Both the position numbers and the translations under genes were made by a program. A stretch of DNA of 64,000 bases from Alphaproteobacteria bacterium (GTDB taxonomy: Bacteria > Pseudomonadota > Alphaproteobacteria > GCA-2731375), in NCBI GenBank assembly GCA_965225945.1, contig CBDDBZ010000031.1, forward strand, positions 32,001 to 96,000. The letters are read 5' to 3'. Of this stretch, positions 10,520 through 25,020 are shown piece by piece. The notes under the pieces are model-generated. The model had not been told where the DNA came from, made no database searches, and worked only from the letters and a program-made list of their open reading frames with translations. Every line of letters begins with the position of its first letter. The first letter of the stretch is position 1.

Positions 10520-13500
10520 TCAAGGCGCGTGTCGGTCGAGGAGATCGTCGGGAATTTCCATCAATCGCGGCGACGCGGTCCACAGCAGTGCCGAGCGCAC
10601 CCGCCGAGAGGGATAAATCCCTTGCAATACGGCGCGATAGGCAGCGAGTTGGGCCAAATAGACCGGCGCCACCTCGGCCGCGGTCCCGGGCGCCGGGCGA
10701 TTGCTCTTGTAGTCGACGATCAGCACCTCCTCGTCGAGGATCGCCAAGCGGTCGATCTGGCCGGAGACGATTCGCGCGCCGACCAGGCCAGCGATCGGAA
10801 CCTCGGCGCGCGAGCCGGGGCCGAACAAGGCGGCGAATTCGGGCGTATGGAGGACCGCGATCGCCTCCGACGCGAGTTCGCCCCGGGCGGCCGCGTCGCC
10901 GACGCTCGCCTGGCGCAACAGCCGCTCGGCCACCGCCTCTCGCTCGGGTACCGGCACCTCGGACAAGTGTTGCAGAAGACGGTGCAGCAAATTTCCCCGG
11001 CGGAAGCGCGCGCCCCGGTCACCGCCGAGCGGCGGCTCGACGGGCGGCCCCTCCGGCCCGGCGTCGGAGGGGGCGAGCGGGCGGGGCGGCATCGGCTCCG
11101 GGGGCGCCGGACGCTCCAGCCATGCCGCCGGCGTCTCCCCGTCCCGGCCGATCGGCGCGGCGGCCGCCGCCGCGACCGCCTCGAGCTGGGGCGTCTCGTG
11201 GCGCAATACCTCGGCACCGTCGGCGAGCCGCGCCGGCCTCGCCAATTCGGCCATCGCGCGCTGGACCAGGTCGTACCAGCAGCCTTCCGGCAGGCTAGCG
11301 CGGGTCTGCCAACCGGCGATATACAGGCGATCGCGTGCCCGCGTCATCGCGACATAGAGCAGACGGTGATATTCCCGCTCGCGCTCGCGCATCGCCGCTC
11401 GTTGCAGCGCGCCGCAGTGGGCGGGCTCGATGCGCCGCCGAGGCACCCAGAAAAGCAGTTCGGAGCCGTCGTCCGCGTGGTCCCAATAGAGCGGCGGATC
11501 GCTTCGAGGCAGCCTCATGGTGTCGGCCAGGATCACGATCGGCGCTTCCTGCCCCTTGGCGCCGTGGACGGTCATGACCCGGACCTCGTCGCGAGCCCGT
11601 TCCATATCGCGCTTGACCTCGCCGCGACCGCCCTCGATCCAATGCAACAGGCCCTGCAGCGAGGGCGTGTGTTGCTGCTCGTGGGCGAGCGTCAGGGCCA
11701 GGAACTCGTCGATCGCCTCGTCCGCTTCCCGGCCGAGGCGTTCCAGCAGCCGGCGCCGCCCGCCCTCCACGTCCAGCACTGTCGAATACAATTCGAAGGG
11801 CGCGGTGAAGTCGGCCGCGGCGCGCCAGCGGCGAAGCCGCTCGTGGGCGGCGCTCAGCTCGGGATCGTGGCGCCGTCGCGCGCCCAGGGTCCGCCACAGG
11901 CCGCGCCCCGGCCCACGATCCCGGGCGGCGCGGTAGAGCGCCTCCTCGTCCAGACCGACCAGCGGGCTCTTCAACAGGGCCGCGAGGTTGAGGTCGTCTT
12001 CCGGCAACAACAGAAAGCGGCCGAGCGCCAGCAGATCCATCACCGCGAGCTGCTCCACCAGCACCATGCGGTCGACACCGGCGACGGGCACCTGCTTCTG
12101 CTTCAGCCGTCGAACCACTTCGGTGACGAAGGGGCCGCGTCGTTGCACCAGTATCATGATGTCGCCGGCGCGAATTGGCCGCCCCTCGGAGGCGAGATTT
12201 TCGCCCCCGTCCAACCACGCCCGAATGCGCTCCGCCAGGGTCTCGGCGAGCCGGGCCAGCGGGCGTTCGACTCGTTCCTGCGTCACCGGCGGATCCCAGG
12301 GCTCGGCCGGGGCCTCGTCGAGCGGAACCTCGGGCGGCCAGAGCTCGACCCGTCCGCCCTGGCCCCGGCGGTGCGGATAGTGCCTCGCCGTCCCGCCGGC
12401 GGGGATCACGCCGTCGCCGGCCGAAGCGTCCTGGAAAACCGCGTCGACGAGATCGAGCACGGCCGGGGTCGAGCGGAAGGAGAGCACCAACTCGAGATCG
12501 TGCCAGGTCTCGCCGACGTTGCGCGCGCGGGCGGCGAAGTGGCCCGCCATGTCGACGAAGCCCTGGGGATCGGCGCGTTGAAAGCCGTAGATCGATTGCT
12601 TGGGATCGCCAACGGCGAAGACCGTGCGGCGGACCTCGCGGGCGCTCTCGCCGGCGAAGAACTCCTCCGCCAAGCGGCGCACGACCTCCCACTGTTCGGG
12701 ATTGGTGTCCTGCGCCTCGTCGATCAGGATGTGGTCGATTCCGCCATCGAGTTTGAACAGCACCCAGGGCGCGGCGGCCGGATCGGCGAGGAGATCGCGG
12801 GTCGCCAAGATCAGATCCTCGAAGTCGACCAGACCGCGCCGCCGCTTTTCCGCCTCGTAGGCCTCGATGACGCGAAACCCGAGGCCGAGGAGGGCGGCCG
12901 TCGCCTCGGCCACGGCGATCGCGCGAAGCTTGTCGTCGAGCGCCTGCAGCCGCGCCCCTTCCGCCGCCAGGACCTCCTCGCCGTCGGGCTCCAGCGCCAG
13001 CGCTTGTTTGTATATGAGGCTGGCTCGAGGCTCGCCTTCGCGGGTCAGGAATGCGGCCATGTAGTCGTCGATGCCCGCCACGCGCGCCGCCGGGTTTTCC
13101 AGCCACTCGGTGATGCGCCGGCCGTTCTCCCGGTCCCGCTTGCCGCCCTCGAGCATGGCCTCGCCGACACGGTAGAGGTTCGCGCCGTCGAAGGCGGCCT
13201 CGCCCGAAGCCGCCGCCAGGACACCCGCCGCATCGTCCTCCGGCGCCAGGGCGAGCCGCGCGCGGGTCCGGCGCATGACCGCGTCCAGGGTCGGCCCGCT
13301 ACGGGCGAGGCGGGTGAGCCGGGCCCGCGCGCCCGCCAACGCGCGCATCACCGCCATGTAGCGCTCCTCGTCGACATGGGCGGCCAACACCGCGCTCAGG
13401 GGCTCGGGTCGGGCCACGTCCTCGGCGAGCACCCGTTCCCTGGCCTCGGCCAGGAGTTCCTCGGCGGTTCGCTCGTCGACCACGTCGAAGCGCGGCGCCA

Positions 13501-13918
13501 GCTGGGCCTCCACGGGAAAGCGCGCCAGCAGCGACTGGCAGAACGAATGGATGGTCTGAATCGCCATGCCGCCGGGAGCATCCAGCACGCGACAGAATAG
13601 GCGGCGCGCCTGGTCCGGGTCATGGGTTTCGGGCGGCTGGCCGGTCAGCCGAAAGAGCGCCCGGCGCAAGCCCTCGTCCTCCATCACCGCCCATTCGCCG
13701 AGCCGCCGGTTCAGCCGATTGGCCATTTCCGCCGCCGCCGCCTTGGTGAAGGTCAGGCAGAGGATGCGCTCCGGCGGCGCGCCGGCGAGCATCAAGCGCA
13801 GAACCCGCGAGGTCAGCACATGGGTCTTGCCGGTCCCGGCCGAGGCCGAGACCCAGGTCGAGGCCTCCGGATCGCCCGCCTGGAGCTGGCGCTCGATCGA
13901 ATGGTCGGCGCTGCTCAT
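10520..13918 (-). CDS. addA: Double-strand break repair helicase/nuclease AddA
   Basis: ASAGTGKT, LTFTKAAAAEM, IDEAQDT, VGDPKQSIY, MTVHGAKG, LLYVAMTRA, C-terminal GQIDRL...VDYKS nuclease. Confidence 0.97.
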   Translation of the reverse strand: MSSADHSIERQLQAGDPEASTWVSASAGTGKTHVLTSRVLRLMLAGAPPERILCLTFTKAAAAEMANRLNRRLGEWAVMEDEGLRRALFRLTGQPPETHDPDQARRLFCRVLDAPGGMAIQTIHSFCQSLLARFPVEAQLAPRFDVVDERTAEELLAEARERVLAEDVARPEPLSAVLAAHVDEERYMAVMRALAGARARLTRLARSGPTLDAVMRRTRARLALAPEDDAAGVLAAASGEAAFDGANLYRVGEAMLEGGKRDRENGRRITEWLENPAARVAGIDDYMAAFLTREGEPRASLIYKQALALEPDGEEVLAAEGARLQALDDKLRAIAVAEATAALLGLGFRVIEAYEAEKRRRGLVDFEDLILATRDLLADPAAAPWVLFKLDGGIDHILIDEAQDTNPEQWEVVRRLAEEFFAGESAREVRRTVFAVGDPKQSIYGFQRADPQGFVDMAGHFAARARNVGETWHDLELVLSFRSTPAVLDLVDAVFQDASAGDGVIPAGGTARHYPHRRGQGGRVELWPPEVPLDEAPAEPWDPPVTQERVERPLARLAETLAERIRAWLDGGENLASEGRPIRAGDIMILVQRRGPFVTEVVRRLKQKQVPVAGVDRMVLVEQLAVMDLLALGRFLLLPEDDLNLAALLKSPLVGLDEEALYRAARDRGPGRGLWRTLGARRRHDPELSAAHERLRRWRAAADFTAPFELYSTVLDVEGGRRRLLERLGREADEAIDEFLALTLAHEQQHTPSLQGLLHWIEGGRGEVKRDMERARDEVRVMTVHGAKGQEAPIVILADTMRLPRSDPPLYWDHADDGSELLFWVPRRRIEPAHCGALQRAAMREREREYHRLLYVAMTRARDRLYIAGWQTRASLPEGCWYDLVQRAMAELARPARLADGAEVLRHETPQLEAVAAAAAAPIGRDGETPAAWLERPAPPEPMPPRPLAPSDAGPEGPPVEPPLGGDRGARFRRGNLLHRLLQHLSEVPVPEREAVAERLLRQASVGDAAARGELASEAIAVLHTPEFAALFGPGSRAEVPIAGLVGARIVSGQIDRLAILDEEVLIVDYKSNRPAPGTAAEVAPVYLAQLAAYRAVLQGIYPSRRVRSALLWTASPRLMEIPDDLLDRHAP

Positions 13919-16860
13919 TCACCCTCCTCCAGGCCGCTGGTCCATTCGGAGAGGCGCGCCAGGTGTCCATAGTCGGAGAAGCGGGGCGCCGCGTTGCTCC
14001 GGGGTTGGGCGCGATAGGGGGTGTCGGGGTCGTCGAAGGCGGCGACGAGACGGGCGAGGCCCTCGCGCGCGACGTTGGCCGCGTCCTCCGCGTCGATGCG
14101 GAGTTCGCGAATTTCGCCGGCCGGCTCGCCCCCGCCGAGCCGCCAGTAGGCCAGCGTCCCGATCGCCGCCGCCGGCACCTCGGCGAACCCGCCCGCCCGC
14201 GCGATCGCGGCCTCGAGCGGCAGTTGCGGGGCGAGGCCCTGGGCGACCTCCTTGGCGGTCGGCGGCATGCCGGTCTTGTAGTCCACCACGGCGAGGCGGC
14301 CGTCGGCGAGCGAATCGATCCGATCGGCCCGGGCGGTGAGCGTGAAGTCCCCGCCCGGACCGGCAATGGTCAGGCTGCCCCGGGCCTCGGCGGCGAGGGG
14401 ACGGGCACCCTCGCGATACGCCGCCTCGTGGGCAACGAACCAGCGTGCCACCCGCTCGAAGCGGGGCCACCAGAAGGCCCGGATGCCCGGCCGCGCCAAC
14501 AGCGAGCCGAAGGCCGCCCGGCCGAATTCGAGCAGGCGGGGCAGCGCGTCCGCCGGCAGTTGGTCCGGGAAGGCTCGGGTAAATTGGTCCAGGGCGTGGT
14601 GAATGACGCTGCCGCGATCGGCCGCGCCGGCCTCGGCGTCGATTCCGTCGAGGGCAACGAGGCCGAGGATGTAGCGCGCGTAGATCGCGTAAGGATCGCG
14701 CATCCAGGTCTCGATCCGGGTTGCCGAGAGGCGACGCGGACGGGCCGCGACGGGCGGGCGCGGCTCCGGTGGCGGGCTCGGCGCGTAGACGGCGGGCCGC
14801 GACAAGGCGTCGCGCCAGGCGTCCCACCGTCCGGCCGCCGCGCGATCCCACGACAGTCCGGCACCGCTCAAGATCGCGTCGAGCCGCGAGAGCCAACGGG
14901 ACGGCACGGTCTCCGTCCCCTCGATCTTTTCGGCCCGGGTCAGCACCACGCGGGGCGCGGATGCGGCCTGGACGAAATCATGTGCCGCGAGGCCGATTCG
15001 ACGCTCGGGCGACGCCAGGCCCAGCCGTGCGCGCATCGGTCGGCTGAGCCAGGGATCGATTTCTGCCTCGGGCGGCCAGACGCCTTCGTTCAAGCCGCCG
15101 AGAACGACCAGGTCGACGCTCTGTAGGCGTGCTTCCAACGGTCCCCAGATGTGCAGGCGCGGATGGCGTCCATGGGCCGGTCGGACCACCCGGCCCGCCA
15201 GCAGTTCGGCGAACATCGCCGCATAGCTCGCCGTCTCGACCGGGCGCAATCCGGCGGCGGCGGCGGCGATCTCGTGCGCGAGGTTCGCCGCCGCCTCGCC
15301 CGCCTCCCCGTCCCAGAGCACCGGCCGCCCGGTCTCGTCGTGGCTGAGGCTCTCGGCGGCGCCGACATGGGCCCGAACCAGGTCGTCGAGCGAGGCCAGG
15401 CCGGCCCTCTCGAGAGCGCGAAACGGGCGGGAGGCCTCGTCGAGCAGATCCAGCAGCGCCAGCAGCGCCGGCGCCTCGCGATCCTCGGCCACGAGGGCGC
15501 GCAATCCGGCGATCCCGGCGGCGGGCCGAGGGCCCCGGAGCGCCAGCAACTCCAGCCGGCGGGATCGGCCGCGCACGCGGGCGGGCGTCGTCCCGGCCCG
15601 GAGAAGCGGATGCTTCAGCACGGCGAGCAGGGCAATGGGCGTGAAATCGGCGGTGAGAGCCTCGGCGACCAAGCGCAGGAAGACGCCGGGCGGCGTCCGG
15701 CCGAGCGGAATTCCGGCGCTATCGTCGATCTCCACGCCCCACCGGCGCAGGATCACCACGACCCGACGCGCGAGCTCGCGATCCGGCGTCACCAGCGCAG
15801 CCGTCGCGCCCGGCCGCTCCACCGTCTCGCGCAGGCGCAACGCCACGATCTCCGCCTCTTCGCGGGGGCCGGCGCAGTCGTGACGCTCCAGGCCGTCTAG
15901 CCCAGTGGCCGAGAGGCGATCGAGCGCGCGCCAGGCCTGGCTGGTCTCGGCCGGACGCAGCGCCTCGCGCAACAGCTCGGCGCGGGCGGCCCGGGCCGGC
16001 GACGTCGTTTCCACCCATGGCCAGGGGGCGACCTCGTCCCGGGCCACGCCGAGCCGTTCCAGAAGCTGCTTCAAGCCCGCCTGATGGTGACCCTCGGGAA
16101 TTGCTTGCCAGCTCTCCTCGTCGATTTCCCGGTCCAGCCCGGGCAGCACCACCGCGCCCCGGGGGAGGTGTGCGACGACGCTCAGCAACTCCGCCGTCGC
16201 CGGAATGCTGCCGGTCGAGCCGGCGGCGACGACGGGGTCTACCGGCGGCGCCCGGCGCCAGCGCTCGGCCTCCAGCCGCAGGATCGCGTTGCGCCGGGCG
16301 AGCGCGTCCATCGCGCCCTCGGCGGCGAGCAGGTTGCGCCACGGCCGGTCGAGGATCCGGAGAAACGCCAGCGTCCGCTGCCAGTGCCGGGCGAACTCGT
16401 CCGGCACCAGGTCCGCGAGATCGTCGAGGGAACGGTCCTCGCGCTCCAGGGAGTCGAGGAGACGGGCGAGCTCGCGCCCCAGCCCGAGCGCCCGGGCGGC
16501 GTCGAGGCGGCCCATGACGGCGCTGGCGCGGACCAGCTCGCCCAACAAAAGCACGCGTCTCGTCGCCGTCGGGGCCGGCGGCAGGGCCAGCGCCTCGCCT
16601 TCGTCGCGCGCATCGAGCAGCACTTCGTCCTCGTCCGCGTCGCCGAGCGGGCGCATCGCCGGCAGCAGTATCGCGCGACCCTCGCCGAGCCGAAGGAAGG
16701 TTTCGCCGAGCGCGCGGCAGGCGCGCCGGGTCGGCAGCAACACGGTCGTGCGGGCCAGCGCCTCGCCGTCACCCGCCGCCATCGCCAGCAGGCCACGCGC
16801 CAGCGCCTCGAGGAAGGGCGCCCCCGCCGGTATGGAATGGATCCTAGGGGTTTCGGCCAT
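13915..16860 (-). CDS. addB: Double-strand break repair protein AddB
   Basis: LPTRRACR, AGSTGSIPAT, IWGPLEARLQ, GLNEGVWP, RDPYAIYAR, RADRID...VDYKTG. Confidence 0.96.
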   Translation of the reverse strand: MAETPRIHSIPAGAPFLEALARGLLAMAAGDGEALARTTVLLPTRRACRALGETFLRLGEGRAILLPAMRPLGDADEDEVLLDARDEGEALALPPAPTATRRVLLLGELVRASAVMGRLDAARALGLGRELARLLDSLEREDRSLDDLADLVPDEFARHWQRTLAFLRILDRPWRNLLAAEGAMDALARRNAILRLEAERWRRAPPVDPVVAAGSTGSIPATAELLSVVAHLPRGAVVLPGLDREIDEESWQAIPEGHHQAGLKQLLERLGVARDEVAPWPWVETTSPARAARAELLREALRPAETSQAWRALDRLSATGLDGLERHDCAGPREEAEIVALRLRETVERPGATAALVTPDRELARRVVVILRRWGVEIDDSAGIPLGRTPPGVFLRLVAEALTADFTPIALLAVLKHPLLRAGTTPARVRGRSRRLELLALRGPRPAAGIAGLRALVAEDREAPALLALLDLLDEASRPFRALERAGLASLDDLVRAHVGAAESLSHDETGRPVLWDGEAGEAAANLAHEIAAAAAGLRPVETASYAAMFAELLAGRVVRPAHGRHPRLHIWGPLEARLQSVDLVVLGGLNEGVWPPEAEIDPWLSRPMRARLGLASPERRIGLAAHDFVQAASAPRVVLTRAEKIEGTETVPSRWLSRLDAILSGAGLSWDRAAAGRWDAWRDALSRPAVYAPSPPPEPRPPVAARPRRLSATRIETWMRDPYAIYARYILGLVALDGIDAEAGAADRGSVIHHALDQFTRAFPDQLPADALPRLLEFGRAAFGSLLARPGIRAFWWPRFERVARWFVAHEAAYREGARPLAAEARGSLTIAGPGGDFTLTARADRIDSLADGRLAVVDYKTGMPPTAKEVAQGLAPQLPLEAAIARAGGFAEVPAAAIGTLAYWRLGGGEPAGEIRELRIDAEDAANVAREGLARLVAAFDDPDTPYRAQPRSNAAPRFSDYGHLARLSEWTSGLEEGE

Positions 16861-17563
16861 CGCCGGCTTCCGGGTGCGCGGCGAAGGTCTCGCGCGCCAC
16901 GGCCAAGCCCTCGGGCGTCTTCAGGTTCATCCATTCGCCGTCGTGGGCGAGGCCGAAGAGCCGGCCCGCCGCCTCCGCCCGGTCGTAGAGCCGATTGAGC
17001 GAGAAGGCGCCCTCGGGCGCGTCGACGAAGAGTTCCGGCGCCAGGATCTGCACGCCGGTGAAGACGTGCCGGGCGGTCTGCCCCGCCCCGCGTCGCGACA
17101 GACGGCCATCGGACAGCAGATGAAAATCGCCCGCGCCGTCGTAGCCGACCGCGCGCGTGATCGCATGGACGAGCAACAGCGCGTCCATGCCGTCGGGGTC
17201 GAATTCGGCGGCGAGACGGCCGAGGGCCGGTCGCGGCCCGTCCAGCCAGAGGGAGATCGCGTTGACCACGAAGAAGGGCGCCGCGCCCAGGCCTCCGAGC
17301 GCCAGGCGGACGCCACCACCGGTATCGAGTAGGGCTTCCGCCTCGTCGGAGAAGGCGACGGCCGGTACCTCGCGATTCCCGAGATGGGCCCGAAAACGGG
17401 GCCCCTGATGGTGAAGATTGACCACCGCGCGGCGGACGCCGGCCCGGGCCAAGTGGTCGAGCACGCGATCGAGCGTTGCCGTACCGCCCACCGCCAGCAG
17501 CGACTTCGGGCTCGTATCGCTCGAGGGACGCATGCGCCGGCCGCGTCCGGCGGCCAGCACCAT
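16844..17563 (-). CDS. Nucleotidyltransferase (MurU-like)
   Basis: MVLAAGRGRRMRP...PK.L, LLDTGGG; conserved position upstream of addB. Confidence 0.85.
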   Translation of the reverse strand: MVLAAGRGRRMRPSSDTSPKSLLAVGGTATLDRVLDHLARAGVRRAVVNLHHQGPRFRAHLGNREVPAVAFSDEAEALLDTGGGVRLALGGLGAAPFFVVNAISLWLDGPRPALGRLAAEFDPDGMDALLLVHAITRAVGYDGAGDFHLLSDGRLSRRGAGQTARHVFTGVQILAPELFVDAPEGAFSLNRLYDRAEAAGRLFGLAHDGEWMNLKTPEGLAVARETFAAHPEAGDGRNP

Positions 17564-17735
17564 GGCCGTCAGGGGGATCGATATGCCCTTGGCGATGAGG
17601 CGCCTCCCGGATCCGACGAATCAATACCGATCCGGACCAAGCATAGTCACGAGCGCCCCGGCGACAAAGCGCCGGGGCGGCCCAGGGCGGGCCAGGGTGG
17701 CCCAAGGCGGAAAGTGTGGCGCGCGGACGTCGCTC

Positions 17736-18137
17736 TCAGAGTTCTTCCGACGCTCGGCGGCGATAGCGCCGCTTGCGGCCGGCGATGCTCTTTACCAGGC
17801 CATTGATCGAGGCCCGCAGATCGGGATCGGTGATTTCGGAGAAGTTGTGCACCAGTTCGATCACCGAACGGTTCTTGCCGCCATGTTCCAGCGGCGGCAC
17901 TTCCATGTCGACGTCCATGCCTTCGTAAAAGTAGGCGACCTCGACATTGAGGTTGAGCGCGACCTCGTAGAGCCGCCCGGCGCTGACGCGATTGGTTCCG
18001 GCCTCGTACTTCTGCACCTGCTGATAGGAGATGGCGAGGAGGTTCGCCAAATTCTCCTGGGTCAGTCCCATTTCGGTCCGGCGTTCCCTGATCCGGCCAC
18101 CGACAAACGCGTCTACTCGCCTGGATAGTCTGTCCAT
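17736..18137 (-). CDS. XRE-family HTH transcriptional regulator
   Basis: VDAFVGGRIRERR..GLTQENLA...ISYQQVQKYEAGTNRVSAGRL; start uncertain (18137 or 18188). Confidence 0.9.
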   Translation of the reverse strand: MDRLSRRVDAFVGGRIRERRTEMGLTQENLANLLAISYQQVQKYEAGTNRVSAGRLYEVALNLNVEVAYFYEGMDVDMEVPPLEHGGKNRSVIELVHNFSEITDPDLRASINGLVKSIAGRKRRYRRRASEEL

Positions 18138-18463
18138 CGCTTCCCCCGCCCCGAATTTTCGGCATTTCCCCCATTCGCGCGACGACAAATGCGGGAAATG
18201 TCAACGAATTAGATCAATCCATATTTATATCACCATGGCCCCGCGCGAACCATAGTGCAAACACGAGATCGAGGTGTCCCAACATCGGCGGGAGGCCGTT
18301 GTGGCGCCTGACGCCCCGTCCCCGCGAGCCCCCATGGATAAGCGCCAACTTGCCGGCGCCTTGGAGGCTGGACCGTGATATAGTTGCGTGAGTCGTGGTG
18401 CCCAGCGTGGCGGCGAATCTTTTCGCTGCGACAGGTCCCTCGAGCGGCGAGGATGGAGAACCG

Positions 18464-19303
18464 ATGCACCGCTTCGAATCTCTCGGCGTCAGGCCGTTTC
18501 GCGCGGCGAGGGAGCAGTGTCTGATCGTGCTGGCCGTGCTCGTGCTCGCGGCTTGCGGCACGGACGACCCGGAATACTTCGAGCGTCCGGTCGAAGACCT
18601 CTACAACGTCGCCATGGACCAGTTGCAGTCCGGCGATCCGGCGGCGGCGGCGCGCAGCTTCGACGAGGTGGAACGCCAGCATCCGTACTCCGCCTGGGCG
18701 CGCCGCGCGCAGGTCATGGGCGCCTACTCCTACTATCTGACCAACGAATACGACGAGGCGATCCTGGCGGCGCAGCGCTTCATCCAGCTCCATCCGGGCA
18801 ACAAGGACGTCGCCTACGCGCAGTATCTGATCGCCACGTCCTATTACGAGCAGATTACCGACGTCGGGCGCGATCAAAAGAACACCGAACGGGCCTTGGA
18901 GGCGTTGACGGAGATCGTCAAACGCTATCCCGATTCGGAATATGCCCGCGATGCCCGCTTGAAGATCGATCTCGCGCACGACCATTTGGCCGGCAAGGAG
19001 ATGGAGATCGGTCGTTACTATTTGACCCGGCGCCAATATCCCGCGGCGATCAACCGCTTCCGCGTGGTCATCGAGGACTACCAGACGACGACGCACGCGC
19101 CGGAAGCGCTGCACCGTCTGACCGAGTCCTATCTCGCCCTCGGCGTGGTGCCGGAAGCCCAGACGGCGGCTGCGGTACTGGGGCACAATTTTCCCGGCAG
19201 CGACTGGTACGAGGACAGCTACGCCCTGCTGACCGACAAGGAACTGTCGCCGGAGCGGCACGACGAATCCTGGATCGGGCGCGTCTGGCGCGGCATCTTC
19301 TGA
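18464..19303 (+). CDS. bamD: Outer membrane protein assembly factor BamD
   Basis: Lipobox LAAC, VERQHPYS.WA, LAGKEMEIGRYY, PEALHRL; bamD-recN-ligA synteny; start uncertain. Confidence 0.95.
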   Translation: MHRFESLGVRPFRAAREQCLIVLAVLVLAACGTDDPEYFERPVEDLYNVAMDQLQSGDPAAAARSFDEVERQHPYSAWARRAQVMGAYSYYLTNEYDEAILAAQRFIQLHPGNKDVAYAQYLIATSYYEQITDVGRDQKNTERALEALTEIVKRYPDSEYARDARLKIDLAHDHLAGKEMEIGRYYLTRRQYPAAINRFRVVIEDYQTTTHAPEALHRLTESYLALGVVPEAQTAAAVLGHNFPGSDWYEDSYALLTDKELSPERHDESWIGRVWRGIF

Positions 19304-19310
19304 AGTCTCG

Positions 19311-23071
<3,761 letters not shown>

Positions 23072-23176
23072 CCGCTAGCGATTGACCCAACCAGGCGGCG
23101 CCTTTAGATCACAAGTCACCTCGCCGCCAATCGGCGGGAAATTGGGACACTCGCCAGGACCAAGGGGAACTCGATC

Positions 23177-24580
23177 ATGGGCAGCGCCTCGAAGACCCGC
23201 GTGGAAAGCGATTCCTTCGGCCCCATCGAGGTGCCGGCGGATCGCTATTGGGGCGCCCAGACCCAACGCTCCTTGCAAAATTTCCGCATCGGCTCGGAAC
23301 GGATGCCGGCCTCGATCGTGCACGCCTTCGGGATCGTCAAGCTGGCGGCGGCGCGTGCCAACGTCAAATTCGGCGAGCTGCCGCCCAAGCTCGGCCGTGC
23401 CATCGAGCGGGCGGCCAGGGAGGTCGCCGACGGCAAGCACGACGACCACTTCCCGCTCGTCGTCTGGCAGACCGGTTCCGGCACCCAGAGCAACATGAAC
23501 GCCAACGAGGTGATATCGAACCGGGCGATCGAGCTCTCGGGCGGCGAGAGGGGCTCGAAGACGCCGATCCACCCGAACGACCATTGCAACTTGGGCCAGT
23601 CCTCGAACGACACCTTCCCGACGGTGATGCACGTCGCCGCCGTTGGCGAAATCCGCGACCATCTGCTGCCGAGCCTCGAGGCGCTGCGCCGGGCCCTCGA
23701 CGCCAAGGCCAAGGACTGGCGGCGAATCGTCAAGATCGGTCGCACCCATATGCAGGACGCGACGCCGCTAACCCTCGGGCAGGAGTTCTCCGGCTACGCG
23801 ACGCAGATGAAATACGCCGTCCAACGGGTGAAGGGGACGTTGCCCCGGCTCTATCGCCTGGCCCAGGGCGGCACCGCCGTCGGCACCGGCCTCAACGCGC
23901 GGAAGGGTTTCGACAAGGCCGTGGCGGCGGAAATCGCCTCGATCACCGGCGTGGCGTTCAAGCCGGCGGAGAACAAGTTCGAGGCGATGGCGGCGCACGA
24001 CGCGATCGTCGAGGCCTCGGGTGCGCTCAACGTGGTGGCGACGAGCCTGTTGAAGATCGCCAACGACGTCCGCCTGCTGGGCTCCGGCCCGCGTTCGGGG
24101 CTCGGCGAGCTGGCGCTGCCGGAGAACGAGCCCGGTTCCTCGATCATGCCGGGCAAGGTCAATCCGACCCAGTGCGAGGCGCTGAGCATGGTGGCGATGC
24201 AGGTGATGGGCAACCACGCCACGGTGACCTACGCCGGTGCCGGCGGCTTCCTGGAACTCAACGTCTTCAAGCCGGTGATGATCTACAACCTGTTGCAATC
24301 GATCCAACTGCTGGGTGACGGCGCCGACAGCTTCCGGCGCAACTGCGTCGAGGGGATCGAGGCGCTGAGCGACAACATCGAGGCGCTGATGGGCCGCTCG
24401 CTGATGCTGGTGACCGCGTTGACGCCGCACATCGGCTACGACGCCGCCGGCAGAATCGCCAAGCATGCGCATGCTCGCGGCATGACGCTCAAGGACGCCG
24501 CCGCCGAGCTCGGCCTGGTCGGGGCAGAGGACTTCGAGCGCTGGGTCCGGCCGGAGAGGATGATCGGGCCGAGGACGTGA
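23177..24580 (+). CDS. fumC: Class II fumarate hydratase
   Basis: [46 protein letters not shown]. Confidence 0.98.
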   Translation: MGSASKTRVESDSFGPIEVPADRYWGAQTQRSLQNFRIGSERMPASIVHAFGIVKLAAARANVKFGELPPKLGRAIERAAREVADGKHDDHFPLVVWQTGSGTQSNMNANEVISNRAIELSGGERGSKTPIHPNDHCNLGQSSNDTFPTVMHVAAVGEIRDHLLPSLEALRRALDAKAKDWRRIVKIGRTHMQDATPLTLGQEFSGYATQMKYAVQRVKGTLPRLYRLAQGGTAVGTGLNARKGFDKAVAAEIASITGVAFKPAENKFEAMAAHDAIVEASGALNVVATSLLKIANDVRLLGSGPRSGLGELALPENEPGSSIMPGKVNPTQCEALSMVAMQVMGNHATVTYAGAGGFLELNVFKPVMIYNLLQSIQLLGDGADSFRRNCVEGIEALSDNIEALMGRSLMLVTALTPHIGYDAAGRIAKHAHARGMTLKDAAAELGLVGAEDFERWVRPERMIGPRT

Positions 24581-24840
24581 GCGCTGCCACGTCGGCGGCG
24601 CCGCTGAAGCGCTCCGTCCGCCTCGCCGGCCATCCGACCAGCATCTCGCTGGAAGCGGCCTTCTGGGTCCAGCTCCGCGCCATCGCCAAGCTCGAGGGAC
24701 TGTCGCTCAACGCCCTGGTGACCCGGATCGACCGGGAACGCGGCGGCGGCCTTTCCGGCGCGGCGCGAATTTTCGTGCTCGAGTGGATCGTCGCCAACGG
24801 TGCGCCGCCGGCGCCGCAGCCTGCAGATCATCCGACCTGA
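24577..24840 (+). CDS. Ribbon-helix-helix domain protein
   Basis: [18 protein letters not shown] motif; overlaps fumC stop. Confidence 0.88.
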   Translation: MSAATSAAPLKRSVRLAGHPTSISLEAAFWVQLRAIAKLEGLSLNALVTRIDRERGGGLSGAARIFVLEWIVANGAPPAPQPADHPT

Positions 24841-25020
24841 GCGAGCCTCAGCGCTCTTTGTCGATGGCCGCTCGCGCGGCCCGCCGGGGCCTCCCGCTCC
24901 CCCGCCCATCCACCCAGGAGCGGGAGGCCCCGGCGAGCCGCCTGACCCGGCCGGCGCGCTCGGGTGGTTTGGCCAGGGGGGCGGGGCGCACGAGACTGTC
25001 GTCCGTCGGTTGGTATAACT

